A stretch of DNA of 64,000 bases from Polymyxa betae A26-41 (GCA_003693705.1 RBZT01000234.1:1-64000); one strand, 5' to 3'; shown: positions 24,772-37,247, counted from the first letter of the stretch. Program-made: numbers and translations. Notes: a model not told the origin generated them from the sequence alone.

Positions 24772-25722
24772 ATGTTTGGATGTGAAGCCAAAGGAGGCCG
24801 CGCCCCTCTTCTTTGCTTTAATGCGGCAAAGAGCTGCTGGTCGCTGTCGATGGCGACCAACGCCGACAACTTGGCTTGGATTTCTGATGAGGACGATCCA
24901 GTAGGTAACCAGAATCGTCCATTGGGATCATGTCGAATAACATATCGACGAACCATAGGTAGATGTTGAACGTCGCCTTCGCATCGCAAGAATGACGGCA
25001 CCAATGCCATACGATGACGATGAGATGACACCAGCCCAACTCTCCAGATTCATGGCCACTGCCCGGCGTCTGACATCAAGAAGGAACCCGGATTATATGC
25101 AGATCGAACGTGAGAAACGGAATGATCACACGACATACTACAATATTTTCTTCGTCATCGATACGAACGCGATTCTGCAATATTTCGACTGGTTGCTGTC
25201 GATCGGCCCCATATTTGCAAACGAGAGTATTGTCATAATCGTACCATCAATCGTTATGGACGAGCTTGATGGGCTTAAGGTACCGTCCATGGGTTTCTAT
25301 TCTTTATCTTTTTTGTCAGCGTTTTAAACGACATTTTGTAGTATTTTCAAAAAATATTCTAATATACCGTTAAGAATGGTGGCAATGATTTAGCTGCTAG
25401 AGTGAGGCAGATATCCCGACAGCTTTACGATTTGCTAAGGAGACAAGACCGGTCTATCCGGGGACAAGTTGTGACCAGGGCGATGTTATCGGATCTACCA
25501 GCCACAGCCTCAAACGACGAAAAGATTCTGGCTTGCTGTGTCTGGCTTAAGAGAACTACCAGAGTTATACTCTTCACAAGCGATGTAAATCTTAAAGTGA
25601 AGGCGCTAGTGGAGGGTATTCCGGCCGTTGGAAGTGAAGACATCGACAAAGCTGTGAATGAGGACGCCATTGGTCCATTCATTGACAGTTCATATAACGA
25701 AACTGTGCATCAAACCTATTAG
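24772..25722 (+). CDS. PIN-domain (Swt1-like, PIN_4) ribonuclease
   Basis: VIDTNAIL, IIVPSIVMDELDGLK, NDEKILACC, VILFTSDVNLKVKA provide the acidic PIN residues; introns at about 24901-24958 and 25280-25373. Confidence 0.85.
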
Positions 25723-25880
25723 TTCACTTTCTATCTACAACAATCTATTGTATTTCTATGTATTTCTACTAAATTATATCCCAACCCAATTCCCATTCTA
25801 ATATGCTGAACCAAGATATGAGTCAACATTGTCAACCCTTCGATTATGTTCGTGATGACTCATTTACCACATTGACCGAC

Positions 25881-26183
25881 ATGCGTTATCGCTCGATATT
25901 GGTTGCCGTCACGCTCTCGGCATTTGTAGCAGTTGCATATTCGGCTTCAGCCGATCCTTTCGAATTCATCAGATGTCGAACTGACTGCTTGCGTCGTCAA
26001 AACGTCTGTGTCACATTCTGTCAGAAAACTTGCCGCATTTTTGAACATCAAACTGTCGATGAAGAAGAATGTGGTTTGTTCCTGGATAAATGCAACCAAT
26101 GCTGGACAGATTGCCACTCCAGCGCATTACAATGTTTCGAGAAATGCTATCCCGATTACGATGCGGCTGCTATACATCATTAA
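25881..26183 (+). CDS. Small secreted cysteine-rich protein (100 aa, 11 Cys), effector candidate
   Basis: Signal MRYRSILVAVTLSAFVAVAYSASA; mature part has repeated CxxxC motifs (CRTDC, CVTFC/CQKTC, CWTDC, CFEKC); intronless. Confidence 0.8.
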   Translation: MRYRSILVAVTLSAFVAVAYSASADPFEFIRCRTDCLRRQNVCVTFCQKTCRIFEHQTVDEEECGLFLDKCNQCWTDCHSSALQCFEKCYPDYDAAAIHH

Positions 26184-26445
26184 TCTGGAAGAGCCTCGAA
26201 GTCCTATCTTCACCGAAACAATGCCGCAAGTTCAAGTTCTATCGTAAACAAAAACGGCACGGTTGCTCAAATTAAATTTGATTAAATCTCCCAGTATTCC
26301 AGCAGCAGTGGTACCATGATCCTTTGAGAATTGCGATTTTGTTTTTCATTCAGTATCAGTGGATATTGTGACGATCCTGGAAAATGCAAAGGGGCGCTTT
26401 ATATAAATAAAAGACGATGCATGATTCCATATTATACATTGACGA

Positions 26446-28603
26446 CTAGGAGTATCGTATCAAGGCCTGTTCAGCGAAGAATTTCACATCAGGATCTGAA
26501 TCGTCCTTTTCCGATAGTCAGTATATAACATTGCCCAAAATCAAATCTCATTTACCTTTAGTTTCTGTAAGACAGGCTTCACTTGGGTCGACTTATATGA
26601 AGACTCCAGGTATTGACCGATTTCGATCAGACTTCGAGCAACGTTCAATCGAACTACCATTCAAATCAGACGTACAATAACAACAGAAGACATAATTCAC
26701 CATTCGGGGTCGGATCTTTGGCGGCGTTAACCAAAATCGAAGCTAACGTCGTGGATGCAAACTGGCCCTTAAAGGATGTAATACATTCCATCGCGATTTG
26801 GTGGGGAATTAAGCGATGCAGATAATTACTCTTGGATTCGAACAACTTCAATATTTCAGGAATCAGTTTTGCCTAACACGGCGGTTCATAAGAACGACAT
26901 CAGCCGGAAAAGCAACATACCTGGCCCCATTCGACACCAAAGTTCTGAATGAGTAGCTTAATCTGCGAGGCAGTAACCGTCCTTACCTCAGAAACCGTAT
27001 CGCCGATTAGCCTCATCACTATATGATGATATTTCTGTTCATAGACAGAAACTGGGACGCTCTTAGTCAGAATCGGGATCTTTACAACCACACCCAATCG
27101 AATACGCCACTAAATCACAGAGCATTAGATACGAGACGACTCGCTAAATTCAAAACCAGAAAGAAAATGGCAAGCAATGCCATCCAAAAGTAACGAGACC
27201 AAGTATGCAAAAAGTAGATGAATCTTTCAGAATCTCAATTTTACCTTGGCGTCATTGGAGAGTGTCGTTAAGGTGGGAGCGAGCAACTGAGCCCAAGGTT
27301 CACTACCGGGAGGCGTGATCGTCACATCGATGTTATCTAAGATGTTCATTCGAACCTCGTAAATCTCGTCAGTGAGCAACTGCAGTAATAACGGGAACAT
27401 GGTCGTTTGAGCAGCTTTTAAATCGACCAGAGCGCACAAGGTCGGCAGCACCTTGGCGAAGCCGAATCGCGCATCTTCGAATGGATCCGTCGAGAGCGCT
27501 TTCGCCACCGGAACAATGTGCTGGCTAGTTAACGCTGGTCCAACAGCTTTTGCAGTTTCGATGATCGATTCGATAGAAGCCGCCCGAACTTCGCCTTCGG
27601 GATCCACCAACAATTTGCTGAAAATCGGCATGAAATTGGCGCTCTGAACTTCGGCCGGAGACGCCGCACAGATGGCACCGAATCGTCGCGCCAGATGGCG
27701 ACGAACCCGCCAGCTCATGTCGGCGGACGCTTCCTCCACCAATGGAATCGAGATGTCGTTCGCCAGCGTGGCATCGATAACCTTGGCCGTCTCCACAGCA
27801 CAATCTGCCAAATACATTCGCGACGCATCCTGATCTTCTTCACAAAGCGCTCGAAGCAGCGTCACTAAGTCGGTTCGTAAAAACGTCACACCGACAATCG
27901 AGCAGAGTTCAGGCAGGGCGGCAAACGCCGTTTTTCGGACCATTGGCGTTTCGTCAGCGATGAGCTTGGCAATAATCTGGCGTAGCGTCGATTTGCCTTG
28001 ATCTGATGTGACCCGTTTGTAAATCGGAATGATGAGCTGAGCTGATGAGCAGCGCCCTGAGAACCAAGTTGTTGACGCCAGCCTCTCACAACATGGCAGA
28101 AGCAGCTCTAATGCTACGGCGGGAGATGATAAAGCCGCGATTCTGGCAGCGCCTCGGGCGGCCGCTTCCCGAACACACGTCTCATCGGCCTGCATCAAGG
28201 CTTCCAACATCGTTAAAACGCTGCTAGCTGGTAAATTCACAGCTGGTGAGCACAACTCTCCTAACTGTTCAGAAAGAACTGATAGCGCCTCGTCGCTGAC
28301 CACCCGATCAAATGTCTCCTGCAATGGCGAGACGCCAGCACATTCTGCTCCGCTTGCAGCGGCGGCAGCATTTTCATTGGCCATCTCGTCAGCGTTTCTC
28401 AGCGTTGCAAACTGGGAGAGCATTGGCAGAAGTTCGGCCTTGGCACGAGTTGGTCCCAGGGCTAGCGCTACTGTCTCCAGACGTCGGAGCGTCTTCAATA
28501 CGATGGCGGTATCTTCGCTGTAGAGCCCATCATGCAGGAGTTTGAGCGGATCCATAGCAGGGGACGCCGCGCTTGGATACTCGCCTCTGGGCGTCTCTCC
28601 CAA
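26446..28603 (-). CDS. PPP2R1A: Protein phosphatase 2A scaffold (A, PR65) subunit, HEAT repeats
   Basis: LETVALALGPTRAKAELLP, ETCVRE, WFSGRCS, DETPMVR, DMSWRVR, DPEGEVR, WRIR, DPTPN VR, DSDPDVKFFA. Confidence 0.92.
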
Positions 28604-29145
28604 CGACGATTATGACGGGAAGCCCGGACCGAGGAAGAGGGCGGCCACAACTGCAGACGACCGTCAGACCCTTTCTTGAAATGAAGCTGATGACAGGCCG
28701 GCTGGAATCGGAACTCGGAATGGGTCCAAGGACCAGCTTAGGGTGTGGAAAGGCACGCTTTTTTCCGATCCTGGATTATGTTAGTTTCGTATCGGATCGG
28801 TTCTAGATTGATCACCTTTAGTCAATGATGGATCGCTAGGCAATCGGTTGTGATATTTGAATTCTAATTGCCCTTTGTTTCTCGATGATGCTGATAAATG
28901 TTGACAAATAAAAGGTGACTGTTTAAAGGGAGAGAGCGCAACCTCTTCTCAGGCATGGTCGATGTAACATATTACACATTCAGCTTGGATCCATCTCATA
29001 TGGGATCTCTCATTTCTTAATTAATTGCCATAACTGTAGAAAGTCTGATTAGAGAGCGTGATTGGCATTTGCCAAGGAATCGGTGAACCCGATTGGTTCA
29101 GGACGCAGTTTCTTGCCGTCTTCAAGAAGCTCTTCTGCGACTGGA

Positions 29146-31444
29146 ATGGGCGACGATGCCGAATCGTTCGCGTGCTGCATCTGCAGCCTAAGCTTAGACA
29201 GTATGAATCTGATGGAAAGAGAAGCCCATGTGAACCAGTGTTGCGAGGATAGGGAGAGCTGTGATGTGGTTTCCATTAGCTCCACTGAAACTACCGAACG
29301 GTATGACCATTCAGCAACGAATCCAGCACTGCTGCACCCAGCTCAATGCGAACAGAAAAGTCTGTCGAGTTATTCTATTTCGAATAATAATTTTGAAATC
29401 GTTCATGATCGTGTTGAAATAAGTCCAAATTTTCTTGATTGTCTGAAGACGTCCAGTGATTCCACTTGTCGACATCTAAGTTCGGAAAAAGGAAGTGATG
29501 CGAAGGATGAAAATCGTCAAATCAATCGGGCTAATATTAGCCATGAATTTAACACTCTACTGAAAGAGTGTCAAACCGATGTTCCTCGCTGCTCCTTTCC
29601 GGGAACTTCGACTGGCTCTGAGTCTGACGATGGTGTGGATGGCGAATTGACGTTTTTCAGAAATCGTAGAATAGGCCAAACTGACCTTCTACGTCGACTG
29701 AAAGCTTCTGGCAAAATTTCTGGTTTGGGTTCCGGCGTTACCTGTTGCTTTTGAATAACTCAGTCAGCAGAATCGAGAGTCAACGAAGGAGGCGTTGTCG
29801 AAAAGCATGAACTTCCTCAATCCAAAGATGGCGATCAAAATGCAGACTCAGGTTTGCTTTCAGCCTGAAGCTTACATAACTTTCTGATTGACACATATAG
29901 ACAAAGAACTTGATTTCAGCTGTAGAACATCAGAAAAGTCGTTACCTCTCTCACGCGATGTGATTTCTGATGGTTGGGTCGTATCCCTCTGCTATTCCGA
30001 CTTTACGCTGACAGATCTGTAGAAGGCGTATTCGACATAGCCACTAGATTTACAACCACGAGTCTTTGCTATGAATCTGTTTCTGTAGCATTCTGCTCAA
30101 TGTGACTGTCTAGATCTCGTCGCCGAAGCTCATGAGCCACGTAAAACGTTCCGATGCTGGCTTTGTGCGAAAACAATCACGTTAGGGTCGCTATCAAATA
30201 CTGATCATATCGCCTTCTGCTCGGGCCTAAATCGCCAAATTCTGGATGCTATTTTACCCGATTGCGAGAACCTGTACGATTATCCAGACGGATTGCTTTT
30301 TTTGTGACTTTTGCTTTTAGCTCAACGCCTCAAGTGCTTCCACCTGCAATTGAGCGGATCGATTCGATCATCGATAGGCTAAAGAAAGTTCGTGATACTC
30401 TAAACGTATTGAAATCGTAGCCCTCGGTTGTGTTATTGTTCTGATGCTTTCTAGGGACTGTGCCCCATTCCAAATTCGAATGAGCATTCGGCTCAGTCCA
30501 AGGCGCTGCCAATAAGATCAAAGCCCGGTACCTCTCAGGTAGGCTTCTTGCATTTTTTCTGCTGTTTGACTCACAAACGCCAAGAGGAAATTACCTGTGA
30601 AAGGGCTTTCATCAATCCCATCAGAAGACCAAGAGAACTGTTTTTCAGCTGTTAATGAACGGACAGAAGCTTTACCACCCTGTCCTGACTATAAATCCAT
30701 GTCGGTTCCTGAGCTCAAGGTTAGCTTGTAATTTGTGGAAGAACTTCAAAAAGCAACTTAATCAGGGCCTTTCTCGCTACTCGTCCTAACTGATTTCTAG
30801 AAATTAATGGCGAAATACGGTTATCGAGCTGGAACCAAAGCCTACATGGTTCGGGAGCTCACATTGGCTTGGCAAGCACTGCACTCTCCTGCAGAACCCG
30901 CTCCAGATTTTTGCCCACAACCTGACGAACCAGAAGCTGAATTACCGCCAAGGGATTCCTTTAGATCACCAGTAAGATCTAGAGCTCGGAAGGTCGTTCG
31001 TGGTTCCCCTTTTTCTTTCAATAAACCCGATGTTTAAATTTTGTCGTTATGTTTTCGTCAAAGTTCGAGATTTCAAATGCTGTCAAGACGTTCAAGCATC
31101 ATACTCTGAATTTGAAAATGTTTAGACATCAACTGCTGATTGCGAATCGAGAAGCGAAGCTATCAAGAAGTTCATTGTAGATCATGAGCGTCTTCTCGAG
31201 CATATTCTATGCCTTCAGGTTCGATAAAAATCATCTTATTACCTATAATTAATGCTGTCTCAATCAGCCGATCGATATAAAAGAACTGCACGCTGCAATG
31301 TGTCAACGAAACATAGCTGTCTCGCTAAAGGTCGGTTTTGTGCCAACTGATGGTATGAATCTGTCGCTCATTCTTTGGTAGGACGTTCGAGCATTCTGTC
31401 GCTTTCATGGACTAAACGTTGTTGGCAATTGGAGAAAAACTTAA
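29146..31444 (+). CDS. SLX4: SLX4-like structure-specific endonuclease scaffold
   Basis: UBZ-type fingers CCICSLSL..REAHVNQC and CWLCAKTI..DHIAFC; SAP-like PDYKSMSVPELK-KLMAKYGYRAGTKAYMVRELTLAWQ; C-terminal Slx1-binding-type EAIKKFIVDHERLLEHILCLQPIDIKELHAAM..SLKDVRAFCRFHGL. Confidence 0.8.
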
Positions 31445-31749
31445 AATTTTCTCATTAGCAGACCAATCTCCAGCGTGGCAGAATATCGGGAGACAGAAAC
31501 TGTTTTGTTGAACTGGTGATATAGACAGGTCTTTGAGTCGATGCATTGCGGATTTTGGGGTTTAATTCGAAAACAGTGATGTTGTAGGTTGAGTCAATGA
31601 TGACTCCTGCTCCTTCTATTAATTCAGTGAATAATGCATCTGGGCTCATTCAGCCTATTTAAAAGTTGGTCGAAGCCAGGCTCACCTTTCTCTTTAACTT
31701 AAGCATTCAACTCTGTTGTTTGCAAGGACTTTAAAATCGACTTAATTTA

Positions 31750-32700
31750 ATGGAAGAAATTAATGCTGTCACAGCTCGGCGGGCCAAATCTCTGGACAAC
31801 GTTCCGAAATCACGCCGTCATTCCCAAACTTTAATCTTGGGCTACGATCTCGAACGTGTCATCCGCAAAACATTGCAAGGCTCAGTGATGCTAATGAAGC
31901 AATCGAGAACAGGGCGTCAAGTTGCCGTTAAGGTCGCCCATAAAAGATACGTTGATAGCGGGTTGGCGTCGAACGGAGTCCGAATCTGTGAGAACGTCCG
32001 CAACGAGGCCAAACTGCTGAAAGCGCTGACAGCGACGCCCTGCGCTAACATCATCCAATTACTGGATTACAGAGAAGACCCTGACAAATTCGTTCTGGTC
32101 ATGGAGCTGGCCCAGGGCGGCGAACTTTTCGACTGGGTCAAGGCGCATGGCAAAGTATCGGATGCGAAGGCGCGAGCCATGTTTCGCGGGATTACGAGAG
32201 CGGTGTCGTTCCTTCACAAACGCAACGTCTGCCATTTAGATTTGTCTTTGGAGAACGTCCTGCTAACGACAGATTCCACGCCGAAGCTTTGCGATTTCGG
32301 TCTCGCTCGCGTGTTCGTGCCTGGCGTCAAGTTTCGCGGGAACGTTCACGCCAGGCCCGGGAAGCTGTCATACATGTCGCCCGAGGTCTATTCAGGGGCC
32401 GATTTCGATGGTTCTGCCGCCGACGTCTGGTCGCTAGGTATCGTACTCTTCATCATCGTGTTCGGGTTCCCGCCGTTCGAAGTCGCGTCGCGCTCTGATG
32501 TTCGCTACGACTTCATGCTGAAACGGGGCCTGGGTTCCCTGCTGCAGGAATGGGACCTTCGAAAGGAGATCAGCGACGACTGCCTCGATCTGATCTGCAA
32601 AATCCTGCAGCCAGAATCACAACGACTCACCCTGACCCAGGTCCTGCAGCATCCTTGGATGACCAGCTCGAAAGTCCTTGATGCTGTGGTTAAAGAATAA
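31750..32700 (+). CDS. CAMK-group Ser/Thr protein kinase, intronless
   Basis: VAVK, MELAQGGELFD, HLDLSLEN, DFG, GKLSYMSPE, DVWSLG, HPW motifs. Confidence 0.93.
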   Translation: MEEINAVTARRAKSLDNVPKSRRHSQTLILGYDLERVIRKTLQGSVMLMKQSRTGRQVAVKVAHKRYVDSGLASNGVRICENVRNEAKLLKALTATPCANIIQLLDYREDPDKFVLVMELAQGGELFDWVKAHGKVSDAKARAMFRGITRAVSFLHKRNVCHLDLSLENVLLTTDSTPKLCDFGLARVFVPGVKFRGNVHARPGKLSYMSPEVYSGADFDGSAADVWSLGIVLFIIVFGFPPFEVASRSDVRYDFMLKRGLGSLLQEWDLRKEISDDCLDLICKILQPESQRLTLTQVLQHPWMTSSKVLDAVVKE

Positions 32701-32954
32701 GGTTCATTACTAAAGGATTCTACCATGCCGCGATAGGAAGAAGTACGACAGAGCAGCTCTTGTTGGAATTCAAAATGATGCATCGCACAGGTCTGAGTTT
32801 ATAGACTATTCACTATTGAATGTAGCCTGTAGGTATGTAGGTAAAGAGAGACAATTTGGATTTTTTGACGTAAAATTTGCCAAAAAAAAATCGCGCAGAT
32901 TCCACGAACTTTTGCGCCACTGTATGTGTGCAGAAAATTTTCTCCATTTTCATC

Positions 32955-33407
32955 ATGATTCGAAGGAGCATCGCTGCTGTTATAGATCGGCTAGCTTGTG
33001 GACGTTGTCGGCATTCGACTTTAGTGCCTCAACGATGTCTAGCTCCTTTCAGACCGAGCGGCTTTCGAGCATTTTCAAGCCTACCCGCTAAGGGATCTGT
33101 CGATTCTGGCGTCGTTTCTTCAACATCAGAGGCAGATCCAAGGCTCCATATACTGTTTACTTGCAAGGTGTGCTCCACGAGATCTGCAAAGTCCATGTCA
33201 CGCCAGGCTTATACCCATGGTGTCGTAATCGCCCGCTGCTCAGGCTGTAACAATCTGCATTTGATCGCCGACAATCTCAACTACTTCGGTCGCGGCCGCT
33301 GTAATATTCAAGATATCATCGGCGATAAGAACATTGTCAAAATCGACGATGGAACCTGGGAGGTCCCTCCAGAAGTCGTTGCCGGTGGCTCAATCAACAT
33401 TGCTTAA
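32955..33407 (+). CDS. DNLZ: DNL-type zinc finger mitochondrial Hsp70 escort protein (Zim17/Tim15/HEP1)
   Basis: FTCKVCSTRSAKSMSRQAYTHGVVIARCSGCNNLHLIADNL with an Arg-rich presequence. Confidence 0.92.
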   Translation: MIRRSIAAVIDRLACGRCRHSTLVPQRCLAPFRPSGFRAFSSLPAKGSVDSGVVSSTSEADPRLHILFTCKVCSTRSAKSMSRQAYTHGVVIARCSGCNNLHLIADNLNYFGRGRCNIQDIIGDKNIVKIDDGTWEVPPEVVAGGSINIA

Positions 33408-33486
33408 CCTTTTCGTACGCTAATAGCCTTAATCAATCTACTTCAGCGAAACAATATAACGCATCCAGAGCAGCTCGCTTCTGATA

Positions 33487-34299
33487 TTATGTATTGTTGT
33501 CAAGATCCTCTAGAAACAGCTGCCTTGCTTGTGCCATTAAGCTCGGTACTGCCATCATGGCCAAGATAGCAGCTCTTCTCTCAGTGAACAAATGCCCATT
33601 TCGTGTCTGTGATGGTCTAGCTCTGGAAATTGGAGGCTGTCCAGATTTGCTTTTCGGTCTTCTCCAGGGCAGAATTGGTGCCATCGATATTAGAACCTGG
33701 CCCAAAGCTCTCTGGACGTCGTCCTGGACAGGTCTCCCATTTGGGTCGAAATATTGTCTTAGTCCCATCAATAAGAAAGCAATGTCGAGATTGTCATCGC
33801 TAGCTCCATTTTGTTGAAACATTTCGCTTCCTAATAGGCGGCTAACGGTCAAAAGGAAGATCACCTTCCTCGCCAATATCCTCATGCCTCTATGATGATC
33901 TAGAGCTCGCTTATGGATTTGTTCCTCTTCAAGTGATCTTGAAGTTGTTATGGCTGCAAATTCTGATGGAATTGGCGGCCAGGGGTTTGGATTGGCAAAC
34001 ATTTTCATCGTCGTTGGCTGTCCGCTTTCTTGCGTTAAGAACTCCTTGATCGCTTGCTGGATGCGGAATTGTGCCATATCGGATGAAAGCGACGTTTTCA
34101 GAAACGTATCCAGTTGGCTGACAGAAAACTGCTGCTGATTCGACGCATTGGCTGAAGATAGATTCCTGATTGACGATTTTGGTGAGATTTGTAGTCTCTG
34201 AGAATTTACATACAGTTTGCTTGTGGCCGCTTGCATGCCAATCGCTTCTCGAATGATGATGACATTGATAATCACGAGGTTAGTCAGTCGCCAATTCAT
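33487..34299 (-). CDS. Hypothetical, probably secreted protein (about 270 aa), intronless
   Basis: Long ORF; MNWRLTNLVIINVIIIREAIG resembles a signal peptide; no recognisable domain. Confidence 0.6.
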   Translation of the reverse strand: MNWRLTNLVIINVIIIREAIGMQAATSKLYVNSQRLQISPKSSIRNLSSANASNQQQFSVSQLDTFLKTSLSSDMAQFRIQQAIKEFLTQESGQPTTMKMFANPNPWPPIPSEFAAITTSRSLEEEQIHKRALDHHRGMRILARKVIFLLTVSRLLGSEMFQQNGASDDNLDIAFLLMGLRQYFDPNGRPVQDDVQRALGQVLISMAPILPWRRPKSKSGQPPISRARPSQTRNGHLFTERRAAILAMMAVPSLMAQARQLFLEDLDNNT

Positions 34300-34544
34300 C
34301 GATGACGCCAACAGGGCAACCGAAACCGATGTCGAACCTACCTGGCCGCCAAACGTCCTTGCGCACAAGGGCCCGACCCGATTAAGTGCCTGGCGACACT
34401 TAGCCTAAATCGGGTCTTGCCGCCTTCAAAGCCCCGAGACTTCGGAAAAATCCCCCCAACTACACAATGCTTCGATTCTCATTCTTAGCTGATAATCGAC
34501 TATAATCATTGTCCCAGGTTAAAATGCCCTTCTCTTTGGGTTGC

Positions 34545-35306
34545 TTATTTATCAGTGATAGAGATGTATGGATCAGGTGATATATCTACAGGCTGGAATT
34601 CGATAGCAGCTGCAGTCACCAGCGCTTTACCGAATTCGTTGGCGACCGCAGCCAGAGCTAGTAAAATACTGATCAGACGATCTTCAACCAGTGAAAACTC
34701 GGCAATGGAACAAATCGCTCCTCGGCGCATGCACCGCTCCATTGCGAATTTATCTTTGGCATCAGCATCGTCTTTCATTTTGGCACATTGCCCAAAACGC
34801 TCGCCGAGAACGAAACAGAACCCTTCTTCGTCTTCCTCCGGTCTAGCCTTGATTTTACCACTACTGAGGCAAAATCTGACATACTTTAACGACTCCCATG
34901 CGACAAGATCAATGGGTGGTAAGGCCCACGAGCTAAACAAATCCAGCAGGTTAGAGAGAATCGACTCGGGCGATAATTCAGGAATCAAGGCCATATTGGT
35001 GGCCTCAACGGGTATCTTATGACCATTGATCATGAGGTATGGAAACGACGCTTCTTCTTGCTGTTCCGGTTTGATAATCTGATAGACTTCACGACGTCGT
35101 TCGACAGGCATCGCTTGCCAGACATGGCGAATGGCCGATTCGTGCGCATTCCAGAATCGCTGCAGTTGCGCGTGCAGATGCCGAACAGCGGCTAGGCGCT
35201 GGACATGAACCGAATCGCCATCGATGGGCGAGCTTGGAAGCTGATCGTGATCCTCGACCTGATTGTCATTGGCATTGGCCTCTGATTCAAGAACCACACG
35301 ACCCAT
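34545..35306 (-). CDS. Hypothetical protein (about 250 aa)
   Basis: Long uninterrupted ORF with globular composition; start uncertain. Confidence 0.6.
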   Translation of the reverse strand: MGRVVLESEANANDNQVEDHDQLPSSPIDGDSVHVQRLAAVRHLHAQLQRFWNAHESAIRHVWQAMPVERRREVYQIIKPEQQEEASFPYLMINGHKIPVEATNMALIPELSPESILSNLLDLFSSWALPPIDLVAWESLKYVRFCLSSGKIKARPEEDEEGFCFVLGERFGQCAKMKDDADAKDKFAMERCMRRGAICSIAEFSLVEDRLISILLALAAVANEFGKALVTAAAIEFQPVDISPDPYISITDK

Positions 35307-35762
35307 GATGACGAAGTAATCGACGACAAGCTTAGATGAGTGGCCGCGCCCCACTGGGCAATGCGGCCTCTCATCCTTTCCATCTTCGTTTTTCTTTCGT
35401 GAAAGCGTTCAGAATCATATTTGGACGGCATACGAGAGAGCCCGCTGAGCCGCTGCGGCTTTCATGATTCGACATCGCTTCCGACTTTTGGTCTCCGGCT
35501 CGACCACTTCTTTGGAGTCCAGGGAATCATCTCCAGGGCGAGATTCTGTTTCGTGGCATTACACATTCGTTAATTCATCCAGTAAGAACTCTATCGGATG
35601 TCAATTTCTCGACAAATATATAAGCATTTTTGACAATGCATTATTAGCTGTTATTTCAGGATTCCTCTGCTTTTCTGCAAGCTTCCTTTGAAAGTTTTTT
35701 CATTCTAACGTAGATTTATTGCTGTTGCTGGTTCTGGTAGATTTATTACACTCGCAATAGAG

Positions 35763-37145
35763 TTACTTCTTTTTTGCTCCCTTCCCAGATTTTGATTTTC
35801 CCGATTTTTTCTTCTTCTTTTGTGCAGCCCTTTCGGCTCGTTTCTGTTTGGCGTTTCGCCATGCTTTCTGGATGGTGGCAGCTGCGTCTTTGAGGCGTTG
35901 AACATCGGCATCCTTCTCCGCCTGGATCTTGGCGGCTGCAGCTTCTTGCGCTAGGCGTTCTTCTCGTTCCTGTTCCATTTTCCACCGAGCTTCTAGCTGA
36001 TCCAGCTGTTCTTTCGCCTCGGGATATTGTGTTTTTAGCTGCGACAGCTCTTCCTTTTTCTCTGCGAGCTCCTCTGCAAATTTCGCTTCCCATGATGCCA
36101 GTTTCTGTCATTTTCATGTCGTTTTCAGCTTTTGTAAGAACAGTCGATGAAGCCTACCGATCTGTTGGTTTCGATCTGTCGTTCCAGAAACTCTTTCGAC
36201 TTCCCCGAAACTTTCGCTTCTCGCTCGCTGTCGGCTTCGCATTGTGCAATTTCTAGCGACACTGTTTGTTAGTTGCTCTGAGGATCAATATCTAGACTAC
36301 CATGTCGTATGGCTTCGTGCTCGTTCAGGCGTAATCTTTGCACCGTATTAATCGAGGCTTTGGAGATATCGGTCTCTAATTTGGCCTGGACCGCAAGATC
36401 ATCGGTCGCTTTCTTCAGTTCGCCTGTCAGTTGTGTGATAGCATCATCGATGTCTGCGTTTCGTTCTGCGAATTGATCCTCGATTTGCTGAAGTTCTGTT
36501 TCTAAAGCCTGGCGCTGCGCTTCAGCTGCACTTTGTCTTTGCAGCGTCTCTTTCAGCTGGCGATCTTGGCTCAGGCACCGCCACACCTATATGGATCCTT
36601 AGCTGATGGTTCAGCACCCCCAAGACTGTCAACCTTCTCGGATAATGAGGTGAACGTTCGTTCGGGTTCTGACAAATCGAAGACGAGCTGCTTGAGTTGA
36701 TCGACCAGACTGGAACACTCGGTGGCGATCTCGCCCAATTTCCTGACATGTTCCGGGTCTTCGGCGCCCATGGCTTTTGCGATCGATCTGCGACAATAAC
36801 GCAGGTTTTCGACGGTTTCGGTCAGTTCGTGCTCCACATCCGTCGCGTTTCTTCTGGACAGCTCATCGGTCTTGGTTGACCTTTACGAATCGTCATCTGC
36901 CAAGATCTATATGGAACAAGCGAATACTTCGAGGTTTCACGGCTCTGTGCTAATTTGTGATATTGTTCCTGCATATCAGCTTGTGTATTCAGCAGGGACG
37001 TCATCGTGGCCCTTGCCGCCGCCGATCGTTTGCCGACCTGCTCCGATCGAACATGCTTCTGCAGGCATCGAAGCAGTTCGAGGCGTTGGATGGTCTCTTC
37101 AACGACAACCGAGAACCGCGCCGCATCGGTTTCAGACAATGACAT
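35763..37145 (-). CDS. DRC10: Dynein regulatory complex protein 10 (IQCD)
   Basis: N-terminus DAARFSVVVEETIQRLELL, long coiled coil, C-terminal IQ motif AAATIQKAWR and Lys-rich tail KKKKKSGKSKSGKGAKKK. Confidence 0.8.
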
Positions 37146-37247
37146 TGTCTGATAGAAACCCTAATTAGGGCCGAGTACTTGATACGATCTCGTAATAAAG
37201 CTGTGAATGGAACTTGTGAATGTATTATACTATGTCTATAGATTCAT

